Positions 8,672 through 17,702 are shown, counted from the first letter of the stretch. The stretch is DNA of 64,000 nt from Lautropia sp. (GCA_030532895.1 JAUNKF010000005.1:24780-88779); one strand, 5' to 3'. Numbers and translations: made by a program. Notes: generated by a model not told the origin, from the sequence alone.

Positions 8672-8716
8672 AAGGGGGCGAGAGGTGGGGCGCCCTGCCA
8701 GAAAAGGCGCCCCCTT
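8672..8716. terminator. GC-rich nested hairpin between the hepT and ADH-fragment 3' ends (possible bidirectional terminator)
   Basis: AAGGGGGCG...CGCCCCCTT forms an outer 9-bp stem, and GGGGCGCC..GGCGCCCC forms an inner stem. It lies 170 nt after the hepT stop and 10 nt after the minus-strand ADH fragment stop. It has no clean U-tract. Confidence 0.25.
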
Positions 8717-8726
8717 ATTGCTCAGT

Positions 8727-8966
8727 TCAGTTTGGTGACACCAGAATCTTCACCTGGCTTTTTTCTCGAACCAGCGCCTCGAATCCTTCATCGACGATGC
8801 TGGCAAGCGGAATGCGCTTGGTCACGAGTTTGTCTTTGGAAAAATAGCCCTGCTCCATCAGCTTCAGCACGGCCGGGAAGATGTCTCGGTAGGCGATGAT
8901 GCCTTTCAACGTCTTTTCCTTGATGACGATCTCGTTCGGGTGAATCGAGGCTTCGTTCTCCCAGAT
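8727..8966 (-). pseudogene. Zn-dependent alcohol dehydrogenase (MDR family) C-terminal fragment, about 80 codons
   Basis: IWENEASIHPNEIVIKEKTLKGIIAYRDIFPAVLKLMEQGYFSKDKLVTKRIPLASIVDEGFEALVREKSQVKILVSPN matches the C-terminus of Zn-ADH/sorbitol dehydrogenase-type enzymes. The frame is closed upstream by a stop at 8967..8969. The roughly 270 N-terminal residues are absent, and the Fic gene occupies that position. Confidence 0.6.
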
Positions 8967-9002
8967 TCAAGGGCATGCAATCCTGCTCGCTGACAATCCT
9001 GT

Positions 9003-9033
9003 CAGCCATCAGCCATCAGCCATCAATCATCAG
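9003..9033. repeat. Tandem heptamer CAGCCAT x3 + CAATCAT + CAG at the Fic / ADH-fragment junction
   Basis: Read directly from the sequence as GTCAGCCATCAGCCATCAGCCATCAATCATCAG. It contains the Fic stop codon and last codons. Confidence 0.6.
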
Positions 9034-10192
9034 TCGTTTCAAGATTCACTTCATAAGCCGTGCTTCGCCCGCCGCCGGCGGCTTTGCGCAACATGCCAAG
9101 CGCCAACAGCCTGTTGATGTCGCGCAGCGCCGTGTCGGGGGAGCAGCGGCAGATGTTGGCCCAGCGGCTGCTGGTCATCCGGCCGTCGAAGCCATCCAGC
9201 AAGCGGTTCAACACTTTTTGCTGGCGTGCATTCAAGGGCGTGCCGGCCCATTGTTGCCAGAAGCGCGCTTTTGCCAACACGGCATCCAGTGTGCGCTCGG
9301 CTTGCACGATAGCATCATGCAGGGCGCGCAGGAACCAGTGGAGCCAGTCGTTCACATCCAATGTGCCCTTTTGTGTGCGTTCCAGGATCTGGTAATACTG
9401 CTTGCGTTCTCGCTGGATTTGCGCCGACAGGCTGTAAAAGCGTTGGGAGCTGCCATCGGCTCGTGCCAGGAAGAGGTCGCTGATGGCGCGGGCGATGCGT
9501 CCATTGCCGTCATCAAAGGGATGTAGCGTGATGAACCAGAGATGCGCCAGCGCCGCCCTGATCAGCTCGGGTTCGGTGGAGGGGCCATTGGCCCATGCCA
9601 GAAAGCGTGCCATTTCCTTGGGCAGATGGCTGGCCGGTGGTGCCTGAAAATGTATCCGCCGCCGATGAACCGGCCCCGAGACGACCTGCATCGGGCCTTG
9701 GCTGTCAGTCCGCCAGCAGCCGACCTCGATCCGGTTCAAGCCGGAATAACCGGTAGGAAACAGGGCGGCTTGCCAGCCAAACAAACGCGCTGAGCTGAGG
9801 GGCTGCCGGGCATGGTGTGTGGCATCCAGCACCATGTCCACCACGCCGTCCACATGGCGGTCGGCGGGAGCACTGGCGCCGATGTCCACGCCCAGCCGAC
9901 GTGCCACGGATGAGCGTACCGAGGCCACGTCCAGGTGTTCGTTCTCGATCTTGCTGGTGTCGAGCACATCCTGTGTCAGGGCGGCAAGGCTCGCCTGATC
10001 GCGTAGCGTCATGCCGACATCGGCCAGGCGCCCCAGCAGCCGGCCTTGCGCCTGGCTTGCCGCCGCCAGTGGCGTGGCCAGTGCCCCCGCATCGTATGTC
10101 CAGCCAGGATGATCAGCCTGTTGCCAGGCAGGCAGTTGCCAGACCCAGTTGTAATCTCCGCATATCATGCGGAGATTAGACGCGCTATTCAC
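9023..10192 (-). CDS. fic: Fic family protein (class II, with cis inhibitory helix), 389 aa
   Basis: Has the Fic motif HPFDDGNGRIARA (HPFx[DE]GNGR), an N-terminal inhibitory motif TSKIEN matching [ST]xxxE[GN], and a C-terminal wHTH-like tail. The start is GTG. Confidence 0.9.
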   Translation of the reverse strand: MNSASNLRMICGDYNWVWQLPAWQQADHPGWTYDAGALATPLAAASQAQGRLLGRLADVGMTLRDQASLAALTQDVLDTSKIENEHLDVASVRSSVARRLGVDIGASAPADRHVDGVVDMVLDATHHARQPLSSARLFGWQAALFPTGYSGLNRIEVGCWRTDSQGPMQVVSGPVHRRRIHFQAPPASHLPKEMARFLAWANGPSTEPELIRAALAHLWFITLHPFDDGNGRIARAISDLFLARADGSSQRFYSLSAQIQRERKQYYQILERTQKGTLDVNDWLHWFLRALHDAIVQAERTLDAVLAKARFWQQWAGTPLNARQQKVLNRLLDGFDGRMTSSRWANICRCSPDTALRDINRLLALGMLRKAAGGGRSTAYEVNLETTDD

Positions 10193-10303
10193 CGCATTGG
10201 CAAGTCTGGAGGTTGGGGAGGTTTTGTCCGCCGTGGTTGGGTCATCAGCCTGCCGCGATTTCGGGATGGGCTGGCGCGGGTTTTTCAGCAGGGCAGAGCA
10301 TGA

Positions 10304-11560
10304 TCACCGCCACCAGGCACGCTCGGGCGGTGCATCCAGGGTGAAGACTTCGCCGATCAGCGGCGTGGTCACGCGCAGTTTTTGCGGTTTGGCTGCTGCC
10401 AGCAGGCGTTCGATCGGTTCCTGCCAGCGGTGGTGAGCCAGGTCGAAACGTGCCCAGTGGGTGGGCAATAGCAGGGCGGCACGCAGGTCTTGGGTGGCCT
10501 GTACCGTTTCTTCAGGAAAGAGGTGAATTTCGGCCCAATCTTCGTCATAGCCGCCACTTTCCACCAGCGCAATGTCGAAGGGGCCGTATCGCTGGCCTAT
10601 CTCGGCATAGTGCTTGCCATAGCCGCTGTCGCCATTGATGAAGACGGACAGCGTGGGCGATTTCACGACCCAGGAGGCCCATAGCGTGCTGAAATGGCCG
10701 CTCGACATCCGGCCGCTGAAATGCCGGGCCGGGGTCATGATGACCTCGACGGCTTTGTCCGTTTGGGTCGAATCTGATGGGTGTCGAGAGGCAGGGCGCC
10801 TGTCATGTCTGGCGTTCTGATCGCTTGCCGATTCTCTGCTGCCGGATTGAGCGGCACTGATGTTCTGATCATCGGGAATGGAAAGTCTGACCCGCTCATG
10901 CCAATCCATCTCGGTGATTTTCCGGCCTGGCACGCCCCAGCGTTGCAAGTGTGCTTTCACACCCAGGGGCACATAGTAATGGCCCACCCGTGCATCCAGT
11001 TGCAGGATGCTTTGGCGATCCAGATGATCGAAATGATCATGCGAGATCAGGATAGCATCGATACGATCCGGTAAATGTTCTGGTGACAACGGATGTTGCA
11101 ACGGAAAAGGCTCTGCCACGAGTGGTAACGGCAGCCAGGGAAAGGGAATCGGTGAGGCCCGATGGAAAACCGGGTCGGTCAGCAGAATCAGGCCGCCGGT
11201 CTTCAGCAGAGCACCGGCGTGACCCAGCCAGATCAGGCTGTCATCGGGTAGTGGCTGACCTGGCTCAAGGGGCTGGCTGGGCAGTGGATGCTGAGGGTTC
11301 TTGTCGGCGGGCGCCTGCCACCATTTGCCAAGCCACTGTCGTAATGGGGACGTGCCATCCTTCTTCGGCGTAAAAATCCGGGTCGGTTCGGCATTGGAAA
11401 AATATTCGCCATCAAACTGTGTCGATGCCTGTATACGAGCCTGACTGTCTGCATCCGGCTGGCCCCCAAATACCGGATGCAGGTCTTGCCAGCTGCACGC
11501 GGTGAGCATCAGCAGCAGCGTGACGGATGCCAGTGCCTTGGCGCCGCAAGCCGCCTTCAT
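10304..11560 (-). CDS. MBL-fold metallo-hydrolase lipoprotein
   Basis: Lipoprotein signal MKAACGAKALASVTLLLMLTAC. Has the HxHxDH motif ISHDHFDHLD. There is a low-complexity S/R/D-rich insertion in the middle. Confidence 0.8.
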   Translation of the reverse strand: MKAACGAKALASVTLLLMLTACSWQDLHPVFGGQPDADSQARIQASTQFDGEYFSNAEPTRIFTPKKDGTSPLRQWLGKWWQAPADKNPQHPLPSQPLEPGQPLPDDSLIWLGHAGALLKTGGLILLTDPVFHRASPIPFPWLPLPLVAEPFPLQHPLSPEHLPDRIDAILISHDHFDHLDRQSILQLDARVGHYYVPLGVKAHLQRWGVPGRKITEMDWHERVRLSIPDDQNISAAQSGSRESASDQNARHDRRPASRHPSDSTQTDKAVEVIMTPARHFSGRMSSGHFSTLWASWVVKSPTLSVFINGDSGYGKHYAEIGQRYGPFDIALVESGGYDEDWAEIHLFPEETVQATQDLRAALLLPTHWARFDLAHHRWQEPIERLLAAAKPQKLRVTTPLIGEVFTLDAPPERAWWR

Positions 11561-12573
11561 GCCCAGCCTTCCAGCACCAGTTTGCCAATCATGTCGCCCC
11601 GTTCAAGGCGTTGATGCGCACGGCGCAGATTTTGGGCATCGATGCCCTGGATGCATTCGGTGAGCGTGGATCGAAGACGGCCGGCGTCCACCAGCTGGGC
11701 CACTTCCCGCAGGATTTCACCCTGCCGGCCGATGTCGGCTGTCTGGAACATCGGACGGGTGAACATGAACTCCCAATGCAGGCTGAGGCTTTTGCCTTTG
11801 AGCGGATTCACGTCCAGTGTGGCGGGGTCGTCGATCAGCGCGATCCGTCCTTGTGGGGCGATCAATTCCACCATCGCTTTCAGGTACTGATCGCTGTGGC
11901 TGGTGGAAAACACGAAGGCTGGGGAGCCATGACCCTGGGCCGCGATCTGTGCCGGCAGCGCTTCCCTATGGTCGATGATCTCATCGGCGCCTTGCTGTAG
12001 CGCCCATTGCCGGCTGGCCTCACGGGAGGCCGTGGCGATCAGCTGCAAATCGGTCAATGCCTTGGCCAGTTGCAGCGTGATTGACCCCACGCCGCCCGCT
12101 GCACCAATCAGCAGCAGCGCATGGTTGGCACCCGGCACAGGATCGTTCACCCGCAAGCGGTCGAAGAGCGTTTCCCATCCGGTGAGTGCCGTGAGCGGCA
12201 AAGCGGCCGCTTCCGCAAAACTCAGCGACTTGGGTTTATGGGCCACGATGCGGGCATCGACTGCCTGGTATTGGGCATAAGCACCGGGACGGTTGATCAC
12301 ACCGGCATAATAGACCTCGTCGCCAACCTTGAACCCGCTGGCTTCGGGGCCTGTGGCACGCACGATGCCTGCTGCATCCCAGCCCAGAATGCGATACTGG
12401 CCGGGGGCGGGCTGATGAGCGGCGCGCACCTTCACGTCGGCCGGGTTCACGGAAATGGCGCGGACTTCGACGAGCAGATCGTGTGGGTTCAGCGTGGGTT
12501 CGGGCAGTTCGATGTCCAACAGGGCTTCAGGGTGCTCGGCAGGCAAGGGGCGATTGAATCCGATGGCTTTCAT
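11557..12573 (-). CDS. Zinc-binding alcohol dehydrogenase / NADPH:quinone oxidoreductase family (MDR superfamily)
   Basis: MKAIGFNRPLP...LLVEVRAISVNPADVKVR... with Rossmann motif LLIGAAGGVGSITLQLAK. The track ORF has a 28-aa upstream extension; start taken at MKAIGF. It is divergent from the HxlR regulator. Confidence 0.85.
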   Translation of the reverse strand: MKAIGFNRPLPAEHPEALLDIELPEPTLNPHDLLVEVRAISVNPADVKVRAAHQPAPGQYRILGWDAAGIVRATGPEASGFKVGDEVYYAGVINRPGAYAQYQAVDARIVAHKPKSLSFAEAAALPLTALTGWETLFDRLRVNDPVPGANHALLLIGAAGGVGSITLQLAKALTDLQLIATASREASRQWALQQGADEIIDHREALPAQIAAQGHGSPAFVFSTSHSDQYLKAMVELIAPQGRIALIDDPATLDVNPLKGKSLSLHWEFMFTRPMFQTADIGRQGEILREVAQLVDAGRLRSTLTECIQGIDAQNLRRAHQRLERGDMIGKLVLEGWA

Positions 12574-12789
12574 TGAGTTTGTGCTCCACGGGCAACAGGA
12601 CAACGGAATGGTTTCCGGCCATGATGCCGCGCTGGTGCGGTCGCCACAAGAACGCACATGAAAAGCTGTCAGTCACATGAATGTGACCCGGTTTGTGAAA
12701 GCACCGGCGTTCAGGGCGAAGAAACGTCATGCGGGCAGCGTCGCTGTGCTTGTGTTGAAGCGTATGACGCCTGTTGGAAAGGACATGCC

Positions 12790-13158
12790 ATGAGCAACAT
12801 TCCCCATCCCCGTTTCGATTGCAACGAAGGCTGTTCGGTGGAGGCCGCGCTGTCGGTGATCGGCGGCAAATGGAAAGGCACGATCCTCTATCGGCTGCTG
12901 ATCGATGAGGTGTTGCGCTTCAACGAAATTCGTCGCCTCCTGCCCGAGGTGTCGCAGCGGATACTGACAGCGCAGCTTCGTGCGCTGGAGGCGGATGGCA
13001 TCGTCTCAAGAACGGTGTACCCGGAAGTGCCGCCCCGTGTGGAGTATCGTTTGACGCCTTATGGTCAGACCTTGGGTGAAGTCATTCTGGCGTTGAAGGC
13101 TTGGGGGGATGAGCACAAAGCCCAACACGCGGCGCGCAGTGCGCGCCGCTTTGGGTAA
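12790..13158 (+). CDS. HxlR family transcriptional regulator
   Basis: CSVEAALSVIGGKWKGTILYRLL...EIRRLLPEVSQRILTAQLRALEADGIVSRTVYPEVPPRVEYRLTPYG is the classic HxlR/DUF24 wHTH. The start at MSNIPHP is internal to the track ORF. Confidence 0.85.
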   Translation: MSNIPHPRFDCNEGCSVEAALSVIGGKWKGTILYRLLIDEVLRFNEIRRLLPEVSQRILTAQLRALEADGIVSRTVYPEVPPRVEYRLTPYGQTLGEVILALKAWGDEHKAQHAARSARRFG

Positions 13159-13167
13159 TTCGCCGTT

Positions 13168-14898
13168 TCAGGGCTGCTCTGTCGAGGGGGTGGCGGCTGG
13201 CGCTTCTGGCTGAGGCGCTTGCTCGTCCATGCTGCTCCATTGCCAGTAGCGCTTGCTGTTGCCATCGGCCGTTTGATCATTCATCACACGAGCCGATACC
13301 ACGCGCAGTGGTTGGCCCCAATGCCAGTCGGCTGGTATCTGCCAGGTCTGGCAGATTTCACGGTGCATGGGGTTGCCAAGCATCCAGCATAGTTCGGCCT
13401 TGTCGGCATCTGCGTGAGGGCGAAGTTCGAGCCTGGTGGCCTGTTTCTGGTGCTCGACATGCCAGGCATTCAGCTCACCGAAGGGAACGAGCGCATCGAG
13501 GCGGGCCGCAAAGGGTTTGGCTTGTTCTGGCCGGAACATCATGCCTTGCAGCAAGAACACTGGCTTTCCGTCCACGAGCGTGACCCCATACATGGGATTC
13601 AGGTATTCACTCTCGAACCCGGGCACCTCCCCTGCTTGCCGGCCGTCTGGTGCACGACTTGAGGCGCTTTTGATCTCAAGCTGGGCGGTATATCCGGCAG
13701 CCGGTCGATAGGACTCGATATCCAGCGGCATGTTGTCGGCCCAGGCTCGTTTGTCGTGTTGAGAAAGCTCCACGCTTTGAGGCTCTTCCGTGCTTGGGGT
13801 TGGTTCGTCAGGGGCACTCGTGGCGTGCAGGGTCATCAGATTGGGATTGCTGCCTTTGGCCTTTGTCCAGCTGTCGAACATGGCAGACAGGGCTGCTCCC
13901 GAGATACCCTTGTCACTCAACGGAGCCGAGGCGGGTTCCGTCAGCATGTGCGGCATGTCGTCTATCCCGCCCCAGTAAAACTCAGCTTTCATGTCTCGAT
14001 AGGGAGGCAGCCCGTTGATGTCCTTAACCGTCTCGATATCACGGGTGCCGAAATTGACGAATTCGAGCGCTTGCCCGCGCTGCCAGTTGCCGGGAATCTT
14101 CCACGTTGTGCATGTTTCTCGCTCATGACGATCGAGAAGAGCTTTCAGACAGAGCGAAAAGCTCTGTTCGTCTCGGTCCTGCACGAAAAGGACGGTACTT
14201 TCCTCTGATGCCGCCTTCCAGCGCTGGATGGGGGAATTGAAGCTGTCTTTGAAGGGAAACCGGTCTTCATCCCGGATGAACTTGACCGAGTCTGCGGACA
14301 TTTGCTGTTTGTCTTCGTCGGCATAAGCACGCTTGATATGGCCTGGAAGTTTGGCCAATTCCAGTACGCGTCCAATTGTCAGACCGTCTGTGGTGTCGTC
14401 CAACCCAAAACGCAATCGGAAGCTATGGAAGGTCACCGAGTCCGGGGCCGTGAATGTGGTGTTCGAAAAAATCTGCTGACCCAGTCCTGGGCTGTCGTGA
14501 TCCTTCGTGGTGAGTTGCAACAGCTGCATCGGCGTATCGGTACTGAAGTCTGGTTCGTAAGGCCCGCTCCAGTTTCTGACAGGAATGTTCTCTGCCGACG
14601 CATAAACCACGATGGGATTTCCATCCTTTTGAGGGAAAAGGTTGGGGGAGTGCAGCAAGGCCGCCTTGATGACATCACCCCGAATGCTGTTTTTGGTCAA
14701 CGGTGCCGTTTCGCTGCCGTGCTCATTGTCGGCAGGGCCGGGTTGTGGGGCTGTCTGCGGGGAATCTTGCGTTGCTTTGGTGTTCAGCGAAGTAGGGGCA
14801 CTGCTTTCTCCAGGGGCTTGCCCACCGCAAGCGGCCAGGAACATCAGGGCGGTGATGCTGGCCGATGTCTTGAATGGAGAGGTCATCAGGCTTTTCAT
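13168..14898 (-). CDS. Secreted lipoprotein of unknown function with an internal two-fold domain duplication (576 aa)
   Basis: Signal peptide with lipobox MKSLMTSPFKTSASITALMFLAACGG. There are two homologous halves, each carrying a Cys pair and a conserved block: C-x-T-W-K-I-P-G-N-W-Q-R-G-Q-A-L in the first and C-Q-T-W-Q-I-P-A-D-W-H-W-G-Q-P-L in the second. No family is recognisable from memory. GC is about 53-56% against about 65% in the neighbours. An AT-rich upstream region lies at 14935..15059. Confidence 0.6.
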   Translation of the reverse strand: MKSLMTSPFKTSASITALMFLAACGGQAPGESSAPTSLNTKATQDSPQTAPQPGPADNEHGSETAPLTKNSIRGDVIKAALLHSPNLFPQKDGNPIVVYASAENIPVRNWSGPYEPDFSTDTPMQLLQLTTKDHDSPGLGQQIFSNTTFTAPDSVTFHSFRLRFGLDDTTDGLTIGRVLELAKLPGHIKRAYADEDKQQMSADSVKFIRDEDRFPFKDSFNSPIQRWKAASEESTVLFVQDRDEQSFSLCLKALLDRHERETCTTWKIPGNWQRGQALEFVNFGTRDIETVKDINGLPPYRDMKAEFYWGGIDDMPHMLTEPASAPLSDKGISGAALSAMFDSWTKAKGSNPNLMTLHATSAPDEPTPSTEEPQSVELSQHDKRAWADNMPLDIESYRPAAGYTAQLEIKSASSRAPDGRQAGEVPGFESEYLNPMYGVTLVDGKPVFLLQGMMFRPEQAKPFAARLDALVPFGELNAWHVEHQKQATRLELRPHADADKAELCWMLGNPMHREICQTWQIPADWHWGQPLRVVSARVMNDQTADGNSKRYWQWSSMDEQAPQPEAPAATPSTEQP

Positions 14899-14934
14899 GT
14901 CTTTCTCGATAAAAGTGAAAGAAGGTTTCCCCAA

Positions 14935-15059
14935 TGATTCTGAAGTGTCGGTTTTTCTTTCTTGTTATCAGGTTGATAATAATAGGTTTAAAAGTAATTC
15001 TATTGATTTCTAGGAGTGTCTCTTCTGGCCGGTTGTGTCGGTGTCGTGAACGATGTATC
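14935..15059 (-). promoter_or_regulatory. AT-rich promoter region upstream of the lipoprotein gene
   Basis: TTGATAATAATAGGTTTAAAAGTAATTCTATTGATTTCTAGG has a much lower GC than the flanks. It sits between the SRAP gene stop and the lipoprotein start. Confidence 0.3.
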
Positions 15060-15788
15060 TCATAGTAAGGACAACTGCCGATCATCCCCGCTGTGCCGCC
15101 CACCCTGCCCGGTGACAGGGCCAAGCCCATCCAGTACGGCCGGTGCGGCCTTGAATATTTCCACCGGTGCCAACCGCATCAACTTGGCTGCTTCCTCGCG
15201 TGAGCCGAAGAGCCATTGATCGACATCCGCCGCTTCAATTGGAATCACCGAGCGCTTGTCCTGATCATGGGGGCCAAAGTGCGGGTCTGGCTTGTGCATC
15301 CGGTTCATCAGCGGGTGGGCATCGGCGTTGATCGTCAGCATCGTGTAGCTGTTCACCAGCTCGCCGGTGGCCGGGTCTGTCCAGACATTCCAAAGCCCCG
15401 CCAGTGCCCAAGGCTGGCCGTCTGCACGCCGAAAGCGCCACCAGACATTGCGGCCGGTTTCCCAGCAGGGTTCATCAAAATGCACGGCCGGAATGAGGCA
15501 GCGCTGCCCGCGCAGCCACGGTTTGCGATAGCTGGGCTTGTTGCTCAATTCTTCCGAGCGCGCGTTGTTCGTCTGAAAGCGCAGCTGCGCCGTGCGCGCA
15601 AAATCCGGAATCAGTCCCCAGGTGCCGATGGCCAGCGTTCGCTGGCCGTCAGCATCCCCGCGGATGAACAGGCCGGGCGCACGCGGAAACACCTCGGCCT
15701 CGTCCCACCAGGGGATGGGGGTACGGGCGTTCACCTGCCACAGGCGGGCGATGGTGTCGGCGTTGGGGGAGAGATAGCGGTTGCACAT
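15060..15788 (-). CDS. yedK: SOS response-associated peptidase (SRAP/YedK, abasic-site DNA-protein crosslink protein)
   Basis: Begins MCNRY, with the catalytic Cys2 characteristic of SRAP/HMCES (MCGRF). 242 aa, DUF159-like. Confidence 0.8.
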   Translation of the reverse strand: MCNRYLSPNADTIARLWQVNARTPIPWWDEAEVFPRAPGLFIRGDADGQRTLAIGTWGLIPDFARTAQLRFQTNNARSEELSNKPSYRKPWLRGQRCLIPAVHFDEPCWETGRNVWWRFRRADGQPWALAGLWNVWTDPATGELVNSYTMLTINADAHPLMNRMHKPDPHFGPHDQDKRSVIPIEAADVDQWLFGSREEAAKLMRLAPVEIFKAAPAVLDGLGPVTGQGGRHSGDDRQLSLL

Positions 15789-16110
15789 GGGATGAGGGGC
15801 GAGGTGGGGGCGAAGTGGTTGTGGAGCAGAGGGCTCCTATCATGCGATGGTGGCGCCGTCAATGGTAATTGAGGGTGCTGATTTCTGGGGCCAATCGCTC
15901 TAATCTTGGCAACAGCAACAGCAACAGCAGGAACACTGCTACCGACACCGATATCCACCACAGAGGTAGTAGGAGCATGAACATCGCTACCAGCACCGAG
16001 AGCATCAGGGTGATGAGAGGTGCAGGAGACAGAGGCCAGATCAAGGGGAAGCGACGAGCGTATCGCTATATGACTTTGTTCATGCCAGATGAACAGCCCA
16101 GGGGACAAAA

Positions 16111-17388
16111 ATGACTGCCACAGCTCAACATCGCCTGCTGGTCGCCCAGTGGACGGCCTTCAGCTTTGCCATCACGGCCTACATGGTCTCCTTCTTTCAT
16201 CGGGTGGCGCCGGCAGCGTTGTCGCTGGAGCTTCAGCAGTCTTTTCAGGCGAGTGCGACCGAGTTGGGGATGATCTCGGCGGTCTTTTTTCTGGTGGTCA
16301 TGCTGATGCAGATTCCCACCGGGATTCTGGCTGATACGATCGGTTCTCGTTGGCTGTTGACGGTCGGGTGTCTGGTAGGGGCCTTGGGTGCTTTCCTGTT
16401 TGCTGTTTTGCAAAGTGTTTGGGTGGCGAGCTTGGCAAGGGCGTTGATCGGTTTTGGTGCGGCGATCCCGTTCGTGGCTTTGCTACGGCTCAATGCATCG
16501 TGGTTTTCAAGCCGGCAGTTTGCAACCTTGAGCGGACTGACGCTGCTGTTTGCCAATCTGGGATCGGTGTTGTCGACCACGCCGTTGCAGTGGGCATCGC
16601 AGTGGGTCAGTTGGCGATGGCTGATCGGTGCGGTGGGGCTGTTGACCTTGGTGACGGGCTTGCTCATTGCACGGTTCGTGAGAAATCAGCCTGCCGATAT
16701 CGGATTGAGCCACCCGGATGGCGTGGCGAGCGGGCCTGGCATGTCTTCCCTGTCGTCGTGGCGTCGGCAATTCGTTCAGGTAGTGAAGAATCCCAAGACA
16801 TGGCCGTGCTTTTTCGTGGGTTTTGGGGTGTGTGGGGCGTTCTTCACCTTTTCGAGCCTGTGGGCCGTACCTTTTCTGGTGCGCGAGCACGGGATGACGG
16901 AAGAGGCTGCTGCCACGCATGTGATGTTGATGATCGTGGCGCATGCCGTCACGGCTCTTTTCCTGGGGCGTCTGTCCGATCGTCTGGGAAACCGCAGAGG
17001 CTTGTTGTTGGCGCTGGCGTGGATGTATCTGTTGTCCTGGCTGCCCATGACGATGCCGATGACGCACTTTCCCGGTGAAAGCTATTGGGTGTTCATTTTT
17101 CAGGGCATGGCATCCACCAGCTATACCCTGATCTGGGCGGTGGCGAAGGAAGTCAATGACCCGGCATCGGCGGGCATGGCGATTGGTGTGGTGAACACCA
17201 GCATGTTTCTGGCGGCCGCCGTGCTGCAACCGGTGATCGGTGCGCTCATCGATCATTTTGACCGGGAAGGCATGGAACATGCGTTGCTGTTGTTGGGAAC
17301 GGTCTCGGGGGTTGGCATGGTGGCCGGCTGCATGGTGACGGAGACTCATGGGAAAAACATTCACCCAAAGTTGGTTCAGACTGCATGA
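16111..17388 (+). CDS. MFS transporter
   Basis: 425 aa, 12 TM helices, MFS motifs (GILADTIGSRW). Confidence 0.85.
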   Translation: MTATAQHRLLVAQWTAFSFAITAYMVSFFHRVAPAALSLELQQSFQASATELGMISAVFFLVVMLMQIPTGILADTIGSRWLLTVGCLVGALGAFLFAVLQSVWVASLARALIGFGAAIPFVALLRLNASWFSSRQFATLSGLTLLFANLGSVLSTTPLQWASQWVSWRWLIGAVGLLTLVTGLLIARFVRNQPADIGLSHPDGVASGPGMSSLSSWRRQFVQVVKNPKTWPCFFVGFGVCGAFFTFSSLWAVPFLVREHGMTEEAAATHVMLMIVAHAVTALFLGRLSDRLGNRRGLLLALAWMYLLSWLPMTMPMTHFPGESYWVFIFQGMASTSYTLIWAVAKEVNDPASAGMAIGVVNTSMFLAAAVLQPVIGALIDHFDREGMEHALLLLGTVSGVGMVAGCMVTETHGKNIHPKLVQTA

Positions 17389-17702
17389 GGAACATGATCA
17401 TGTTGTTCAGTTTCTACAATATTGACCACCCCGGCACGGATATTCGGACAAGGTTGTTGAGTGAGCATAAAGCCTATCTGGCCCGCTTTGCCGATCAGAT
17501 GGCTTTTGCAGGGCCGCTGTTGGGGGAGGATGGCAAGACGCCCGTGGGCAGCTTGCTGGTGATGGCCTTTGATGACCGATCGTCAGCGGATGCTTTCATC
17601 GCCGCAGAACCCTATAACCAGGCCGGGCTGTATCAGCGTATTTGCATTCGGCCCTTTGAAAACCGCTGGCCTCAAAAAGTGGGTTTTCCTGAAGCAAGAT
17701 GA
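17385..17702 (+). CDS. YciI-like protein
   Basis: MLFSFYNIDHPGTDIRTRLLSEHKAYL...PLLGEDGKTPVGSLLVMAFDDRSSADAFIAAEPY is the YCII-related fold. It overlaps the MFS stop as ATGA. The true start may be 9-15 nt downstream. Confidence 0.7.
   Translation: MRNMIMLFSFYNIDHPGTDIRTRLLSEHKAYLARFADQMAFAGPLLGEDGKTPVGSLLVMAFDDRSSADAFIAAEPYNQAGLYQRICIRPFENRWPQKVGFPEAR

Noticed and set aside
15859-16044. 61-aa very hydrophobic minus ORF that could be a small membrane protein
   Set aside because: Its poly-Leu stretch is encoded by the (CAACAG)n microsatellite, so hydrophobicity is a by-product of the repeat. Kept only as a finding about the repeat.
16507-17364. 285-aa minus ORF and 242-aa plus ORF inside the MFS transporter gene
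   Set aside because: They are antisense or out of frame to a 12-TM MFS gene. His/Arg/Gln-rich artefacts.
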